A DNA stretch of 64,000 nt from a bacterium (lineage in GTDB: Bacteria > SAR324 > XYD2-FULL-50-16 > G965216635): positions 1,472,001 through 1,536,000 of the forward strand of contig OZ244188.1 of assembly GCA_965216635.1 (NCBI GenBank), given 5' to 3'. Position numbers and translations under genes: made by a program. This document shows, in pieces, positions 41,097 through 50,963 of the stretch (positions are counted from its first letter, which is position 1; each line of letters opens with the position of its first letter). The notes beneath the pieces are model-generated. The model was not told the DNA's origin, did not search any database, and saw only the letters and a program-made list of their open reading frames with translations.

Positions 41097-42035
41097 ATGC
41101 AAAAAATTTATTATTTTTTAGGAAACCTGTTTTTAAAGTTTTGTATACTTTTTGCCAGAGTTCCCGGATTTTGGAGACTTTGGGCTTGGTTGTTTGGATT
41201 TTTTCTTTTAATATTTTCTTACCGTAAAAAAATCATTCAAAAAAATTTAGATATAGTATTTAAAAATAGTTTGAGTCGTCCGCAAAAAGAAAAAATCCGC
41301 CGCCGAATGTATTTTTTTTTTGGCTACGAAAGTGGATTCTTTCTCCGCTTATCCTGTAGCAACCCTCAAAAAATAAAACCCCTCATTGAAGTAGAGGGTA
41401 ATGAAAGTTGTTTGAAAATTTGCAAACAAAAACAGGCTTTTATCCTTTTAAGCGCTCATACTTTTGGAATTTGGATATCCGCTATTTTTGCTACTTTTTT
41501 TAGAGAAATCGCTACTTATACTTATCACGGTCCCGATAAAGCAAGCAATCAGATTTATAAACTTTTCCAAGAAGTAGAAAAAAGATTCCCTTTGACTGTT
41601 ATCTCACAAGGAAAAAACGATACTTTCAAAATGTTACGCTTTTTAAAGGCGGGACATTGTTTAAGTATTATAGGAGATTTAAACGCTTTTCAAAGCAATG
41701 TTTTTGTGCCTTTTTTTGGTAAAATGGCTTCTTTTGGAGAAGGTGCTTTCCGTTTGAGTTTAAGAAAAAACATACCGCTTATTTTTAGCTGGATAGAGGA
41801 AACTAAAGAAAAAAAACTAATACTCCATTTAAGAGAAATCTATAATCCCCAAAATAAGGAGCACAGCCAGAAGGAGAAAGGGTTGATAAAAAATCCTCCT
41901 AGCACAGAAGAGCTAATCAAACGATACAGCAATTTATTAGAAAAAGTTATTCTACAAAAACCCCATTGGTATTTTTGGAGCAACCGCAGATGGAAAACTA
42001 GACCTCCAGGAGATAACGAAAAGGTTTATTCTTGA
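41097..42035 (+). CDS. Lipid A biosynthesis acyltransferase (LpxL/HtrB family)
   Basis: N-terminal TM, LLSAH, FVPFFG, P.WYFWSNRRWKTRP. Confidence 0.8.
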   Translation: MQKIYYFLGNLFLKFCILFARVPGFWRLWAWLFGFFLLIFSYRKKIIQKNLDIVFKNSLSRPQKEKIRRRMYFFFGYESGFFLRLSCSNPQKIKPLIEVEGNESCLKICKQKQAFILLSAHTFGIWISAIFATFFREIATYTYHGPDKASNQIYKLFQEVEKRFPLTVISQGKNDTFKMLRFLKAGHCLSIIGDLNAFQSNVFVPFFGKMASFGEGAFRLSLRKNIPLIFSWIEETKEKKLILHLREIYNPQNKEHSQKEKGLIKNPPSTEELIKRYSNLLEKVILQKPHWYFWSNRRWKTRPPGDNEKVYS

Positions 42036-42596
42036 AATTGCGGTAGTAATTGGTAGCGTGTAGATTTCAGCAAGCCTCTACGAACCAATGCTTTTTTATC
42101 AACTAAATCCTGTAGATCGCGAGTGGCAGTTGCCCGCGATGTTTTTGTAATCTGAATATAATTTTCTGCACTTAAGCCACCTTTAAAACCATCCAGTCCA
42201 TCACAAAAAATTCTCTCCAAAACTTTTTCTTGTCTTAAATTAAGTTGGGATTTTAGACGAACATAAAATTTCGTTTTTTTAATCAAAAAATCTATCAATT
42301 TTTGCGAATGCTTTTGGGCTTCTAAAATAATTTTTGCAAAATAAACAAGCCACGGGGAGATTCGGTTTTTTTTATTACTGGAAGCTAACATACTGTAATA
42401 GTCTTTTCTTTTGAATCACTGTGGAAAGCGATATTAAAGTCGGTCTGTTAAACCATTGCGACAAAGCTTTTTCTACAAGAACGCGAGCAATACGACCATT
42501 GCCATCTTCAAAAGGGTGAATACTTACAAAGTAAAGATGCGTTATACCTGCAAATATTAATGGGGATAAAGGAGTTTTACCAATTTTATAACTCAT
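42026..42596 (-). pseudogene. Fic family protein remnant (N-terminally truncated, frameshifted)
   Basis: HPFEDGNGRIAR in 42375-42596; C-terminal wHTH (TSRATATRDL.DL) in 42026-42391; frameshift near 42405. Confidence 0.85.
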
Positions 42597-42663
42597 AACA
42601 TAGCCTTTTTTGAGTTATAAGTCAAATTTTATAACTCATAATATAGCTTTTTTTGAGCTATAA
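42582..42663. repeat. Tandem pair of hairpins (43-bp period), possible terminator
   Basis: TTATAACTCA...TGAG(T/C)TATAA twice, downstream of ribD at the Fic truncation point. Confidence 0.7.
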
Positions 42664-42677
42664 AATAGAAACAACTA

Positions 42678-43856
42678 TTAAAAAATAAATTGAGCTTCCA
42701 ATAAAATATCTTCTTTGTATGTTTTTATTTTTTGAATTTTTAGTTTGGGTTGTTGTTTTAGTTCGTCCAATTGAAGAACACCACACCAAGATTTTCCTTC
42801 CGCACCTATAAGAGATGGGGCTAAAAAAAGATAGAGTCTATCTGCTAGCTTTTCTTTTAAAAAAGAAGCAATCAATTCCGCTCCACCTTCTACCATTACC
42901 GAATAAACATTATGAGAGTATAAAAAATTTAATGCTTCTTTGCACGAGGGATAAATTTTTGGGGATCTACAGACAAAAAAACCTTGCTGTTCTAAACTTT
43001 TTAAATAAGCAGCAGATACTTTTTTGCCTGCAAAAAGAAATCTTTTAGAATGAGTATCCGATACAAAGTGGCTAGATTCATCTAGTTTACCGTGGGCTAA
43101 AAAAACGACTCTATGGGGTTGCCAGATAACGCCAGAACTAGTAGAGCCAGAACTAGTAGAGCCAGAATTAGTAGTGCCAAAATTAGTAGTGCCAAAATTA
43201 ATAGTACCAGAATTTCTATTTGTTAATTTTGGATTATCTTTATTTAAGGTAGAATGTCCTACAGCAACAGCATCAAAATCGCTCCTTAAACTCTGTGCTT
43301 TTTTTCTTGCTTCTATGCCCGTAATCCACTGTGAAAGTCCATTAGCTAGAGCCAATTTACCATCTAAACTCATCGCTACTTTGAGTCCTACTAGGGCTCT
43401 TTTTTGGGTAATATTGACTAAATATTTTTGATTGAACCATTCGCACTCTTCTCGTAAAACGTCTACTTCAACCTGTATTCCATTATTTTTTAACTCCTTT
43501 ATTCCTTTCCCAGAAACTTTAACGTGAGGGTCTGGCATGCCTATCACTACAGATTTTACTCCTTTTTGAATCAGCACTTGAGTGCAAGGTGGATTTGCTC
43601 CTTGATGACAACAGGGCTCTAGATTGACAAAAAGAATCGCATCCGATGGCACCTTATCCCATTTTTTAAGAGCTAATACTTCTGCGTGCTCTTTTCCAAA
43701 AGCCTTATGATAACCTTGAGATAGAATATCACCTTCTTTGGATACCAAAATAGCCCCCACCATAGGGTTAGATTTTACAAAACATTTTGCTTTTTCTGCT
43801 AACTCTAAACAGAGTCGCATTGTTTTTTCTGAAAATTTGTAAGTTTTTTTTTTCAA
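42678..43856 (-). CDS. ribD: Riboflavin biosynthesis deaminase/reductase RibD
   Basis: NPMVGA, HAE, LEPCCH..PPC, SLDGK, SQWITG, VEGG; 15-bp repeat insert at 43131-43214. Confidence 0.93.
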   Translation of the reverse strand: MKKKTYKFSEKTMRLCLELAEKAKCFVKSNPMVGAILVSKEGDILSQGYHKAFGKEHAEVLALKKWDKVPSDAILFVNLEPCCHQGANPPCTQVLIQKGVKSVVIGMPDPHVKVSGKGIKELKNNGIQVEVDVLREECEWFNQKYLVNITQKRALVGLKVAMSLDGKLALANGLSQWITGIEARKKAQSLRSDFDAVAVGHSTLNKDNPKLTNRNSGTINFGTTNFGTTNSGSTSSGSTSSGVIWQPHRVVFLAHGKLDESSHFVSDTHSKRFLFAGKKVSAAYLKSLEQQGFFVCRSPKIYPSCKEALNFLYSHNVYSVMVEGGAELIASFLKEKLADRLYLFLAPSLIGAEGKSWCGVLQLDELKQQPKLKIQKIKTYKEDILLEAQFIF

Positions 43857-43889
43857 AATACAATCGGTTAAGTATAATTTTCATTATTT
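43818..43889. repeat. 72-bp direct repeat (partner 45187-45258) bracketing the MTase gene
   Basis: One mismatch; contains ribD upstream region and first 13 codons. Confidence 0.92.
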
Positions 43890-45225
43890 ACGGTTTGGAA
43901 TCTTTAATTCCATAGTCTTCAATTTCTTTGATGATATTCTTTAAGTTTGCTCTGACCCATTCGTGTTTATTTTCAAATTTATTATGTATAAATTTTTCTA
44001 TTTCCCTAAAAAAAGGAGTTTCTAGTTTATATTCAAGTTTATAAGAGCGCTCAGGGTCTGATGTTTGATAAGAATTTAATCTAGCTTCTACATATTTAGC
44101 TATACCTACCTTGTATTCTCCTTCGTATTTTGGATTTGAAATAACATACACCCATTTTTTAAGTCTATAATCTTTGCCTATATCGGTTCTTACAGGCGCA
44201 ACGATTGAAAAATTTACTTCTTTTTTAGGCTCTAGTAATTCAGGTTTTACTTCTTTTTTTAGTCTTTTTTTTACAAGATTGTAGGCTTCAATAGAAACAT
44301 CAATTCCAATCCATTTTCTTTCTAATTGTTCGCATGCAACACAGGTCGTAGCGCATCCACAAAAAGGATCTAATACCAAATCATTTTTATTGCTACTAGC
44401 TTCTATTATTCTATGTAACAGTTTCGTTGGTTTTTGTGTTGGGTAACCTTGTATTTCTTCAGAATTTACTATTGTTTGAAAATTTGCTATATCGCTCCAA
44501 ACATCAGTTATTGCTATCCCTTTAGATTCATCTAAATAAATACGCCTCTCTTTTGTGATTACTTTGTATTTTCTGCCATCTTCATCAAACTTACTAAATC
44601 GTTCTAATTGTTTTTCACCATAATCACGATAAGGTTTATTGAATTTAACATTTTTTGTTTTTGAGTAATACAAAATAACATCGTGCCCTCTCACATAATT
44701 CGGCACTAAAGATTTAAAACCAGCCGAAGCACTCATTGTCCAAGTTATATCCCTTCTAAAATTATTCTCACTAAAGATACAATCTAAAACAATTTTAAGA
44801 TAATGACTCATTGTAGAGTCGCAATGCAAATACAGGCTACCTGTATCTTTCAAAATTCTGTGAATTTCTATAACCCTGATTGCCATATAGCACAAATAAC
44901 AAAAATTGCTCTTGTGTCCGATATTTTTTATTCCATTTAGAAAATCATACAATTCGTCGTAGTCTTCTTTTATAGTTTCTAGCCATTCATCTTTTACATC
45001 TTCCTCTTTGAATATATCGCTAAACTTAGCTCCTTCAGCACTACTTCCCGTTGGAGCGTGATATTCTTTTTTTGTATTAAAAGGCGGGTCAAGGTAAATC
45101 AAGTCAACACACTCACTATTCATACCCTCTAAAACTTCTAAATTATCTTTACAGAATATGGTTCTGTTTTCTATATTACAATTTGCCATTATTTTTTCTG
45201 AAAATTTGTAAGTTTTTTTTTTCAA
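43888..45225 (-). CDS. DNA adenine methyltransferase fused to C-terminal GIY-YIG (T5orf172-like) domain
   Basis: IYLDPPFN, YPTQKP, LDPFCGCAT; C-terminal VYVISN..EYKVG....RL..YQT..P....E..IH..F...HEW. Alternative ATG at 45189. Confidence 0.85.
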   Translation of the reverse strand: MKKKTYKFSEKIMANCNIENRTIFCKDNLEVLEGMNSECVDLIYLDPPFNTKKEYHAPTGSSAEGAKFSDIFKEEDVKDEWLETIKEDYDELYDFLNGIKNIGHKSNFCYLCYMAIRVIEIHRILKDTGSLYLHCDSTMSHYLKIVLDCIFSENNFRRDITWTMSASAGFKSLVPNYVRGHDVILYYSKTKNVKFNKPYRDYGEKQLERFSKFDEDGRKYKVITKERRIYLDESKGIAITDVWSDIANFQTIVNSEEIQGYPTQKPTKLLHRIIEASSNKNDLVLDPFCGCATTCVACEQLERKWIGIDVSIEAYNLVKKRLKKEVKPELLEPKKEVNFSIVAPVRTDIGKDYRLKKWVYVISNPKYEGEYKVGIAKYVEARLNSYQTSDPERSYKLEYKLETPFFREIEKFIHNKFENKHEWVRANLKNIIKEIEDYGIKDSKP

Positions 45226-45252
45226 AATACAATCGGTTAAGTATAATTTTCA

Positions 45253-45888
45253 TTATTTTGCATTAGATTTTTTTGCAATAATGAATGGTGTTTTTACTTT
45301 GTCAGCATCAGGTTGCCAATAATAATCAATGTCAAAACCACTACTTTCTATACTTTCCTTTAGTTCTTGAGCGGTAAAACATTTCACTAATGGCATCAAT
45401 CTTAAAAACTTTCCTAAAGGAGCGATCCATTTGAAAAACTTTATGCTATCTTGGATACAGGCTGTACTGCTGACAAAAATACCGCCAGATTTGAGCAGTT
45501 TGTAAATTTTTGCAATTATTTTTTCCTTATTTTCTAATAGGTGTAAAAGACTCATACACAAAACAACATCAATAGTTTTCTCTGGAAGATCTATTTGATC
45601 AACATCTATACATTCAAAATTCACATTATTAATATTTTGATTTTTTGCTTTACCTTGAGCAATTCTAATCATATTTTGTGAAAAATCAGTTGCCCGTATA
45701 TGTTTGACATACGGAGCATGAATAATAGCAGTACCACCAGTGCCGCAACCTATCTCAAGAACTTTCATGCTTGGATTCAAATATCCTCGGGTAATATTAA
45801 TTTTTTTCTCATAAACAGTCAGATTACTAATAGGACTTTTTGAGTATTTCTCTGCAATCCTATTCCAAAAATTAGCATTTTGTTTCAT
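45253..45888 (-). CDS. Class I SAM-dependent methyltransferase
   Basis: FWNRIAEKY, VLEIGCGTG, DFSQNM, LK.GGIFVS. Confidence 0.88.
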   Translation of the reverse strand: MKQNANFWNRIAEKYSKSPISNLTVYEKKINITRGYLNPSMKVLEIGCGTGGTAIIHAPYVKHIRATDFSQNMIRIAQGKAKNQNINNVNFECIDVDQIDLPEKTIDVVLCMSLLHLLENKEKIIAKIYKLLKSGGIFVSSTACIQDSIKFFKWIAPLGKFLRLMPLVKCFTAQELKESIESSGFDIDYYWQPDADKVKTPFIIAKKSNAK

Positions 45889-45960
45889 TAGTTTTTAAAT
45901 ATCATTGAATTAAAATCAAACACACACATCTACTTTAACTTTTTAATTTTCACCAATCAA

Positions 45961-47727
45961 TTATGAGTCTTCTTGTTGTTTTAGTTTTTGCCGTAGTATT
46001 TTTTTCTTTTCTTTTAAGATGCTTGCCAGAAAAGTATCGCTCGCTGTAAGTGGATGGCTGTACTCTTTGATAATGTCTATTTGTTCTAAAACACAATTGT
46101 CTTTATGAGGTTCTCCTTCTGTTTGCAGAATAATACCATAAAGCATTTTTGGAGTTTGCACTAAGGCGTGCCCTCTATTAAGATAGGCTTCTGCAAAACC
46201 GCCATCTATGTTAATAGCAAATCCGTCTCCACTAGAAATACTTTGTCCTTTTTTATGATCCCTTGGAATATGTCCATAAACAACATGGTCAATAAGAAAT
46301 TCTTCTTTCATTCTTTTTTGGAAATGAGCTTGTTTGACATTTTCTTCCCAAAAAAGTTTTTTTTCTTTATGAAGTTCTTTGTCTTTTAAAAAATATCTTT
46401 CAAAGGTTTTCATAGCATCTTTACCAAAAAAAGGAGATTGAGGACCACACCATAAATAAAAAAAGAGACTGATATCTGCTTCTTTATTGGATTTGCCTGC
46501 TAAATAATTTTCACCCACAACGGAAATAGTTTTTTGAATGTAATCTAATAGGGCTTTGCCTTTAAACTGTAAAAAACTTTCAAACTCCCCTTTTTCATTA
46601 GAAGGAACAAGTGCATGAATACTCAGTATATTGTTGTAAATATGGTAGACACGCCCCTTTTCAAAAAAAATTTGGATACAGTGTTTGAGTTTTTCTTCGC
46701 TCAAAAATTGTTTTGTTAAATCTGCTACTATTTCTTTTTCTTGCTTGCTGAGTTCTTGAGGTTTATCAAAATTCAATGTGGGAAAGTGAGTGTCTCTTAA
46801 ATTTTGTATATCTTTTTTTTGTAGCATTTGGCTCAACCCATCTAAGCAAAGTCTAGATTCCATTTTATATTCTGGGTGTCTGTTGATGGTTTCTTCTTCT
46901 AACTTGAATTGGATAATAGACAAGGCTTTTTCCATACTTCTAGAACTAGGATCTTTCGCTTTAAAATTGCCTGTAATTGTTTCAGCGGGATAAGTTTTTT
47001 GGGCAAATGTTTGCAACAAAGAATAATCAATACCCATTCTATCTAAAAAGGCTAGGTGATCGTAGCGACAGGTGATTCGCATAGCCTCCGCAATTAAAGA
47101 TTGATTTCCAGCACAAGCCCCCATCCATAGAATATCGTGGTTTCCAAAAATAAGACTCATACTATTTTTGACAGAATTATTTTGTAAAATTCTAACAATT
47201 TTATCAGGTTGCGGACCCCTATCAAAAACATCACCCAAAACTATCAGATAATCCAAAAAAATTTCTAAAATCGTTTTACTCAAATGATAAACCAGTTTTT
47301 GATTAAACCATTCTTCTTCATACCAAATATGAGGGATTTTTTGATTAGCAACTAACCTTTGAATAGCTTCTGTGAAAATATTTTCTTCTGTAAAGGGGTT
47401 GATACGTTTGTTTTCTAATTTGTATTTGAGTATATCTACCAAACATTGCACAACATCTTGTGTATCCATACCTATGCTAGCATCATAGCTAAAAACTCTT
47501 TTTTGAATAGTATGGGTTATGTAGAGTAATTTTTTGTGGGGCAAAAAATGGGGTAAAGCCTCTCTACATGTTTGGTATAACATACCAAAACGCCCCTTGA
47601 TGGTACGGGCGAATTTTTTTCCTTCACCGTGGAGATCCGATACCCAAAGAGTAGAAGGAATATAGCAATTGAGTTTGTATTCAATTTTTAGAATTTCTTC
47701 GCTTAAATTTTGTATTTCTTTTTTCAT
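45961..47727 (-). CDS. fbp: Fructose-1,6-bisphosphatase class 3
   Basis: SDLHGE, GDVFDRG, GNHDILWMGA, YLWCG..SPFFGK..M.TFERYF, IDGGF. Confidence 0.85.
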   Translation of the reverse strand: MKKEIQNLSEEILKIEYKLNCYIPSTLWVSDLHGEGKKFARTIKGRFGMLYQTCREALPHFLPHKKLLYITHTIQKRVFSYDASIGMDTQDVVQCLVDILKYKLENKRINPFTEENIFTEAIQRLVANQKIPHIWYEEEWFNQKLVYHLSKTILEIFLDYLIVLGDVFDRGPQPDKIVRILQNNSVKNSMSLIFGNHDILWMGACAGNQSLIAEAMRITCRYDHLAFLDRMGIDYSLLQTFAQKTYPAETITGNFKAKDPSSRSMEKALSIIQFKLEEETINRHPEYKMESRLCLDGLSQMLQKKDIQNLRDTHFPTLNFDKPQELSKQEKEIVADLTKQFLSEEKLKHCIQIFFEKGRVYHIYNNILSIHALVPSNEKGEFESFLQFKGKALLDYIQKTISVVGENYLAGKSNKEADISLFFYLWCGPQSPFFGKDAMKTFERYFLKDKELHKEKKLFWEENVKQAHFQKRMKEEFLIDHVVYGHIPRDHKKGQSISSGDGFAINIDGGFAEAYLNRGHALVQTPKMLYGIILQTEGEPHKDNCVLEQIDIIKEYSHPLTASDTFLASILKEKKKILRQKLKQQEDS

Positions 47728-48812
47728 ACTCCCGTTTCTTTCATTTCTTTCATTTTTGATAAAAAATTTTGCAATTTTTCTGCTTTAAAATCAGCAGCAT
47801 CTTTATTATGCAACTTTTTGATTTGTGCTAGAGTTATGCCTAAATGATTTGCTAAATTCAACAGATTCGTATTTGGAACTTCTCCTATTTCTTCAGAAAT
47901 TTTATTAACAATAGACTCACTTGTCTCCTCGCTTATATCATTCAAATTTTCTACAATTGTTTGTTGATTGCTTGATTGTATCAGTGGGGGTTCTGGTTTT
48001 TTTTTAGTAAAACCAGAGTTGCCATTAGCGTGATTTGTTTGGTTTAGAAAATTTTCTCTTTCTTGAGAAATTGCTGTAGTATCTTCTTCTATTTTAGAGA
48101 AAGCAATTTTTTTATTAGAAAGCTTGGGTGCTACTGAAGGTTTATAAGTGTGTAGTAAAGGATCTCTTAAAGGATTACTTAAAGGATTGCGATACAACCA
48201 GCTTGCTAACCAAACAGAAGTAATATTTGCTAACTGTATAGCAAAACGGACAAAGGAAATAAATAAAATATCTATCCACAAAGAAAAGGTAGACTGTTGA
48301 CTAGTTTGCAATTTTTTCAATTCTTCTTTAATTTCATTTAACTTCCTAGTAGCTAAAACTGTATTTATTCTTTGCTCTTGTCCTATAAAAGTATCTATAT
48401 TTTCTTGTTGATCTTCAATCTGCGATTCTAAAATTTGGAGTATTCCTATGCGATTTTTTTGTTCTTGAATTGTAGCTAATTTTTTTTGCACTGTATTTAA
48501 AGAAGCTCCACCCACTGTATTGATAAAAAGAAGAATCACCAAACCTTTGATGAGAATATTTGCAGGATGAAATTTTTTTTTTTCTCCTCTTTGAATAGCA
48601 GGCACCCAAACCGACGCCATAATAACCAAAAATACTTCGTTTAAAAAAGCAGAAATAAAACCAAAATTCTTGCTATCTGCTTCTGTATAAAACCTTTCAA
48701 AAAATTCACTAGACTCCAATACCATAAAACTAGAAGCAACTAAACAAACACAAACTAAAATGCTAATAAAAATTATCCGAAAAACTAGATTATAGTTTAT
48801 TTGTGTAACCAT
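47724..48812 (-). CDS. Hypothetical membrane protein with coiled coil
   Basis: About 4 TM segments; ATG at 48812 coupled to the lpxD stop. Confidence 0.6.
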   Translation of the reverse strand: MVTQINYNLVFRIIFISILVCVCLVASSFMVLESSEFFERFYTEADSKNFGFISAFLNEVFLVIMASVWVPAIQRGEKKKFHPANILIKGLVILLFINTVGGASLNTVQKKLATIQEQKNRIGILQILESQIEDQQENIDTFIGQEQRINTVLATRKLNEIKEELKKLQTSQQSTFSLWIDILFISFVRFAIQLANITSVWLASWLYRNPLSNPLRDPLLHTYKPSVAPKLSNKKIAFSKIEEDTTAISQERENFLNQTNHANGNSGFTKKKPEPPLIQSSNQQTIVENLNDISEETSESIVNKISEEIGEVPNTNLLNLANHLGITLAQIKKLHNKDAADFKAEKLQNFLSKMKEMKETGV

Positions 48813-49828
48813 TATTTTTTTTCCAGTTGCTGTAATCTTTTTTCTAACTCTGCTAATCTTTTTGACACAATAGTATTCCTTTGCCACTGCGTTTTTTTTA
48901 TAGCAGGATTCCCAGCTAACTCAGAACCTGCAGGCACAGTTTTTCCGATATTCATCAAAGTGCTGGCAGGGTAAAAAGTAACATTATCCTCTATAAAATT
49001 ATGCCCTAAAATACCAACTTGCCCGCCGCAATAGACATTTTCTCCTAGTTTCGCACTCCCAGCAATTCCTACCTGACCTGCTAAAAGATTATTTTTGCCT
49101 ACCTTTACATTGTGAGCAATATGCACAAGGTTATCCAATTTTGACCCATCGCCTATGGTGGTATTTTCAATTGTTCCTCTATCTACTGTGCAGTTCGCTC
49201 CTATCTCTACATTATCTCCAATTTTCACTGCTCCAAAATGAGTAATTTTATGATGGGTTTTACCCATAGTCTCAAAACCAAAGCCATCGGAACCAATCAC
49301 TGTTCCAGAATGAATAATTGCATTTTTACCAATAATAACTTTATCCATAATAGAGCAAGCGGGATAGATGATACAACCATTTCCTAGTTTAGCACCGTCT
49401 CCGATAAAGCTATTGGGGTAAAGCACACAGTTATCTCCCACTTCAGCTTTTTCTGCGATATGCACAAAAGGATAGATGGTTACTTCTTTCCCTATTTTAG
49501 CACTAGGATGAATTGTAGCTTGTGGACTAATGGTTTTAGGGTGAATTTTGGCGGGATGAAGTTTTTTAAGAATGGTATCAAAAGCAACTCTAGCATTTTT
49601 TACCAAGATAAAATGTTTATCTGATATATTTTTTGCTAGCTCATTTCCTACTAAAATAGCTTTTGCTGAACTTGTTTGAGCAATAGAAAGGTTTTTTGTA
49701 TCGGATAAAAAAGTAATTTCATTGGCTTGTGCCTGCTCCAAACTATTACAGCCTACTATTTTAAAATTCTCATCTCCTACAACCTCTCCCCCAACAAAAG
49801 CTGATAGCTCTTTGAGAGTAAATTCCAT
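48812..49828 (-). CDS. lpxD: UDP-3-O-acyl-glucosamine N-acyltransferase
   Basis: Hexapeptide repeats, IGSDGFGF, VEIGAN.TVDRG, KLDNLVHIAHNV. Confidence 0.95.
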   Translation of the reverse strand: MEFTLKELSAFVGGEVVGDENFKIVGCNSLEQAQANEITFLSDTKNLSIAQTSSAKAILVGNELAKNISDKHFILVKNARVAFDTILKKLHPAKIHPKTISPQATIHPSAKIGKEVTIYPFVHIAEKAEVGDNCVLYPNSFIGDGAKLGNGCIIYPACSIMDKVIIGKNAIIHSGTVIGSDGFGFETMGKTHHKITHFGAVKIGDNVEIGANCTVDRGTIENTTIGDGSKLDNLVHIAHNVKVGKNNLLAGQVGIAGSAKLGENVYCGGQVGILGHNFIEDNVTFYPASTLMNIGKTVPAGSELAGNPAIKKTQWQRNTIVSKRLAELEKRLQQLEKK

Positions 49829-49898
49829 TTTTGGATAAATCTAAATTCTGAGTTTAGTCTAGTCATTTAACTCTTTAAATGCAATAAATTGATTTTTT

Positions 49899-49971
49899 TG
49901 GAGACTAGGAGATTTGAACTCCTGACCTCAACACTGCCAGCGTTGCGCTCTACCAACTGAGCTAAGCCCCC
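49899..49971 (-). tRNA. tRNA-Ala (GGC)
   Basis: GGGGGCTTAGCTCAGTTGGTAGAGCGCAACGCTGGCAGTGTTGAGGTCAGGAGTTCAAATCTCCTAGTCTCCA; G3:U70 pair; CCA not encoded. Confidence 0.95.
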
Positions 49972-50024
49972 CAATTTTTAAGTTAATATTTTCTTTAGTC
50001 TAATTTATTATTTTGTAATATAAA

Positions 50025-50963
50025 TTAGTTGTATAATTGTGTCGGTAAATGTTTACCTATATACCCTATGTGAACTTTTTGATCTTTTTCTAAAAAATAC
50101 ATTCTGTTTCCGCTAGGCAAGTTAAAATGTTTTTCAAAAAACACCTTCTTTTCATCAATAGTAAATTCTCTCTTTCTTCTCAGGGCTGGGTTTTGACGGA
50201 CAGATTGGCTTTCAGGTCTCCAATCATATTCTGTAATTGATTTTGCTTCTTTTTCAACTTTTCTTAATTTACTTATAAATTGGTCAAATATTTTTTCATC
50301 TAAATTTTGTATTTGCGCTTCTACCTCTGGACAAAAGACAACAATATTAGAAAAAAATTCTTTCCTTTTCTCCCAAAAATTTTTTTTAGTTATTCCAAGT
50401 ATTTCTTCTTTTTCTAATTCTTCAAAGAAATCTTGGTGAGTCAATAAGTGTTCTTTTATTGATGCATGTCTTGTATCTATTTTCTTTTCTTTTGTATCAA
50501 TTTCATTCTCCTCGTCTTTATAAAGAGAAATTTTTTTTAAACAAATACCAGCTCTATTCCAGCGCTCATTAGATTGAAAACTAATAGCTATTGTATCCCA
50601 AATATCACTGCAAGCTAATCCTCCTGTATTGGGATTTTCATCATAAAAATATTCACTTTCTAGTAGGTTATCTCTTTCTTCGCTTTCATCGTTTTTAATT
50701 AGAGGAAAGGTGTTATTAGTCAAAAAACTAGTAATTCTACTTTTAAATTCTCGTTCTTGCTGACCTAAAAAATCTCCAAAACTAATATTTTTTTGAATTT
50801 CATAATCTTTAAAGTTTTCATTTAATCTTAATGTTCCCAATCCTTTTTGTTGTGTTTCTTTTAGCAATCCAAAAAAGATAGAAAACTTTTGAGCTATCTG
50901 CTCGTTTTGAAAACTATCAGGAAACGGTAAAGACAATTCGTTAAAAACAGCAAAATTTGTCAT
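50025..50963 (-). CDS. Putative defence effector (Menshen NsnC-like, RelE-like C-terminus)
   Basis: VFNELS N-terminus; C-terminal ES.SV.....R.F....FEKH....R.YF...HIGYIGKHL; third gene of a coupled operon. Confidence 0.6.
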   Translation of the reverse strand: MTNFAVFNELSLPFPDSFQNEQIAQKFSIFFGLLKETQQKGLGTLRLNENFKDYEIQKNISFGDFLGQQEREFKSRITSFLTNNTFPLIKNDESEERDNLLESEYFYDENPNTGGLACSDIWDTIAISFQSNERWNRAGICLKKISLYKDEENEIDTKEKKIDTRHASIKEHLLTHQDFFEELEKEEILGITKKNFWEKRKEFFSNIVVFCPEVEAQIQNLDEKIFDQFISKLRKVEKEAKSITEYDWRPESQSVRQNPALRRKREFTIDEKKVFFEKHFNLPSGNRMYFLEKDQKVHIGYIGKHLPTQLYN

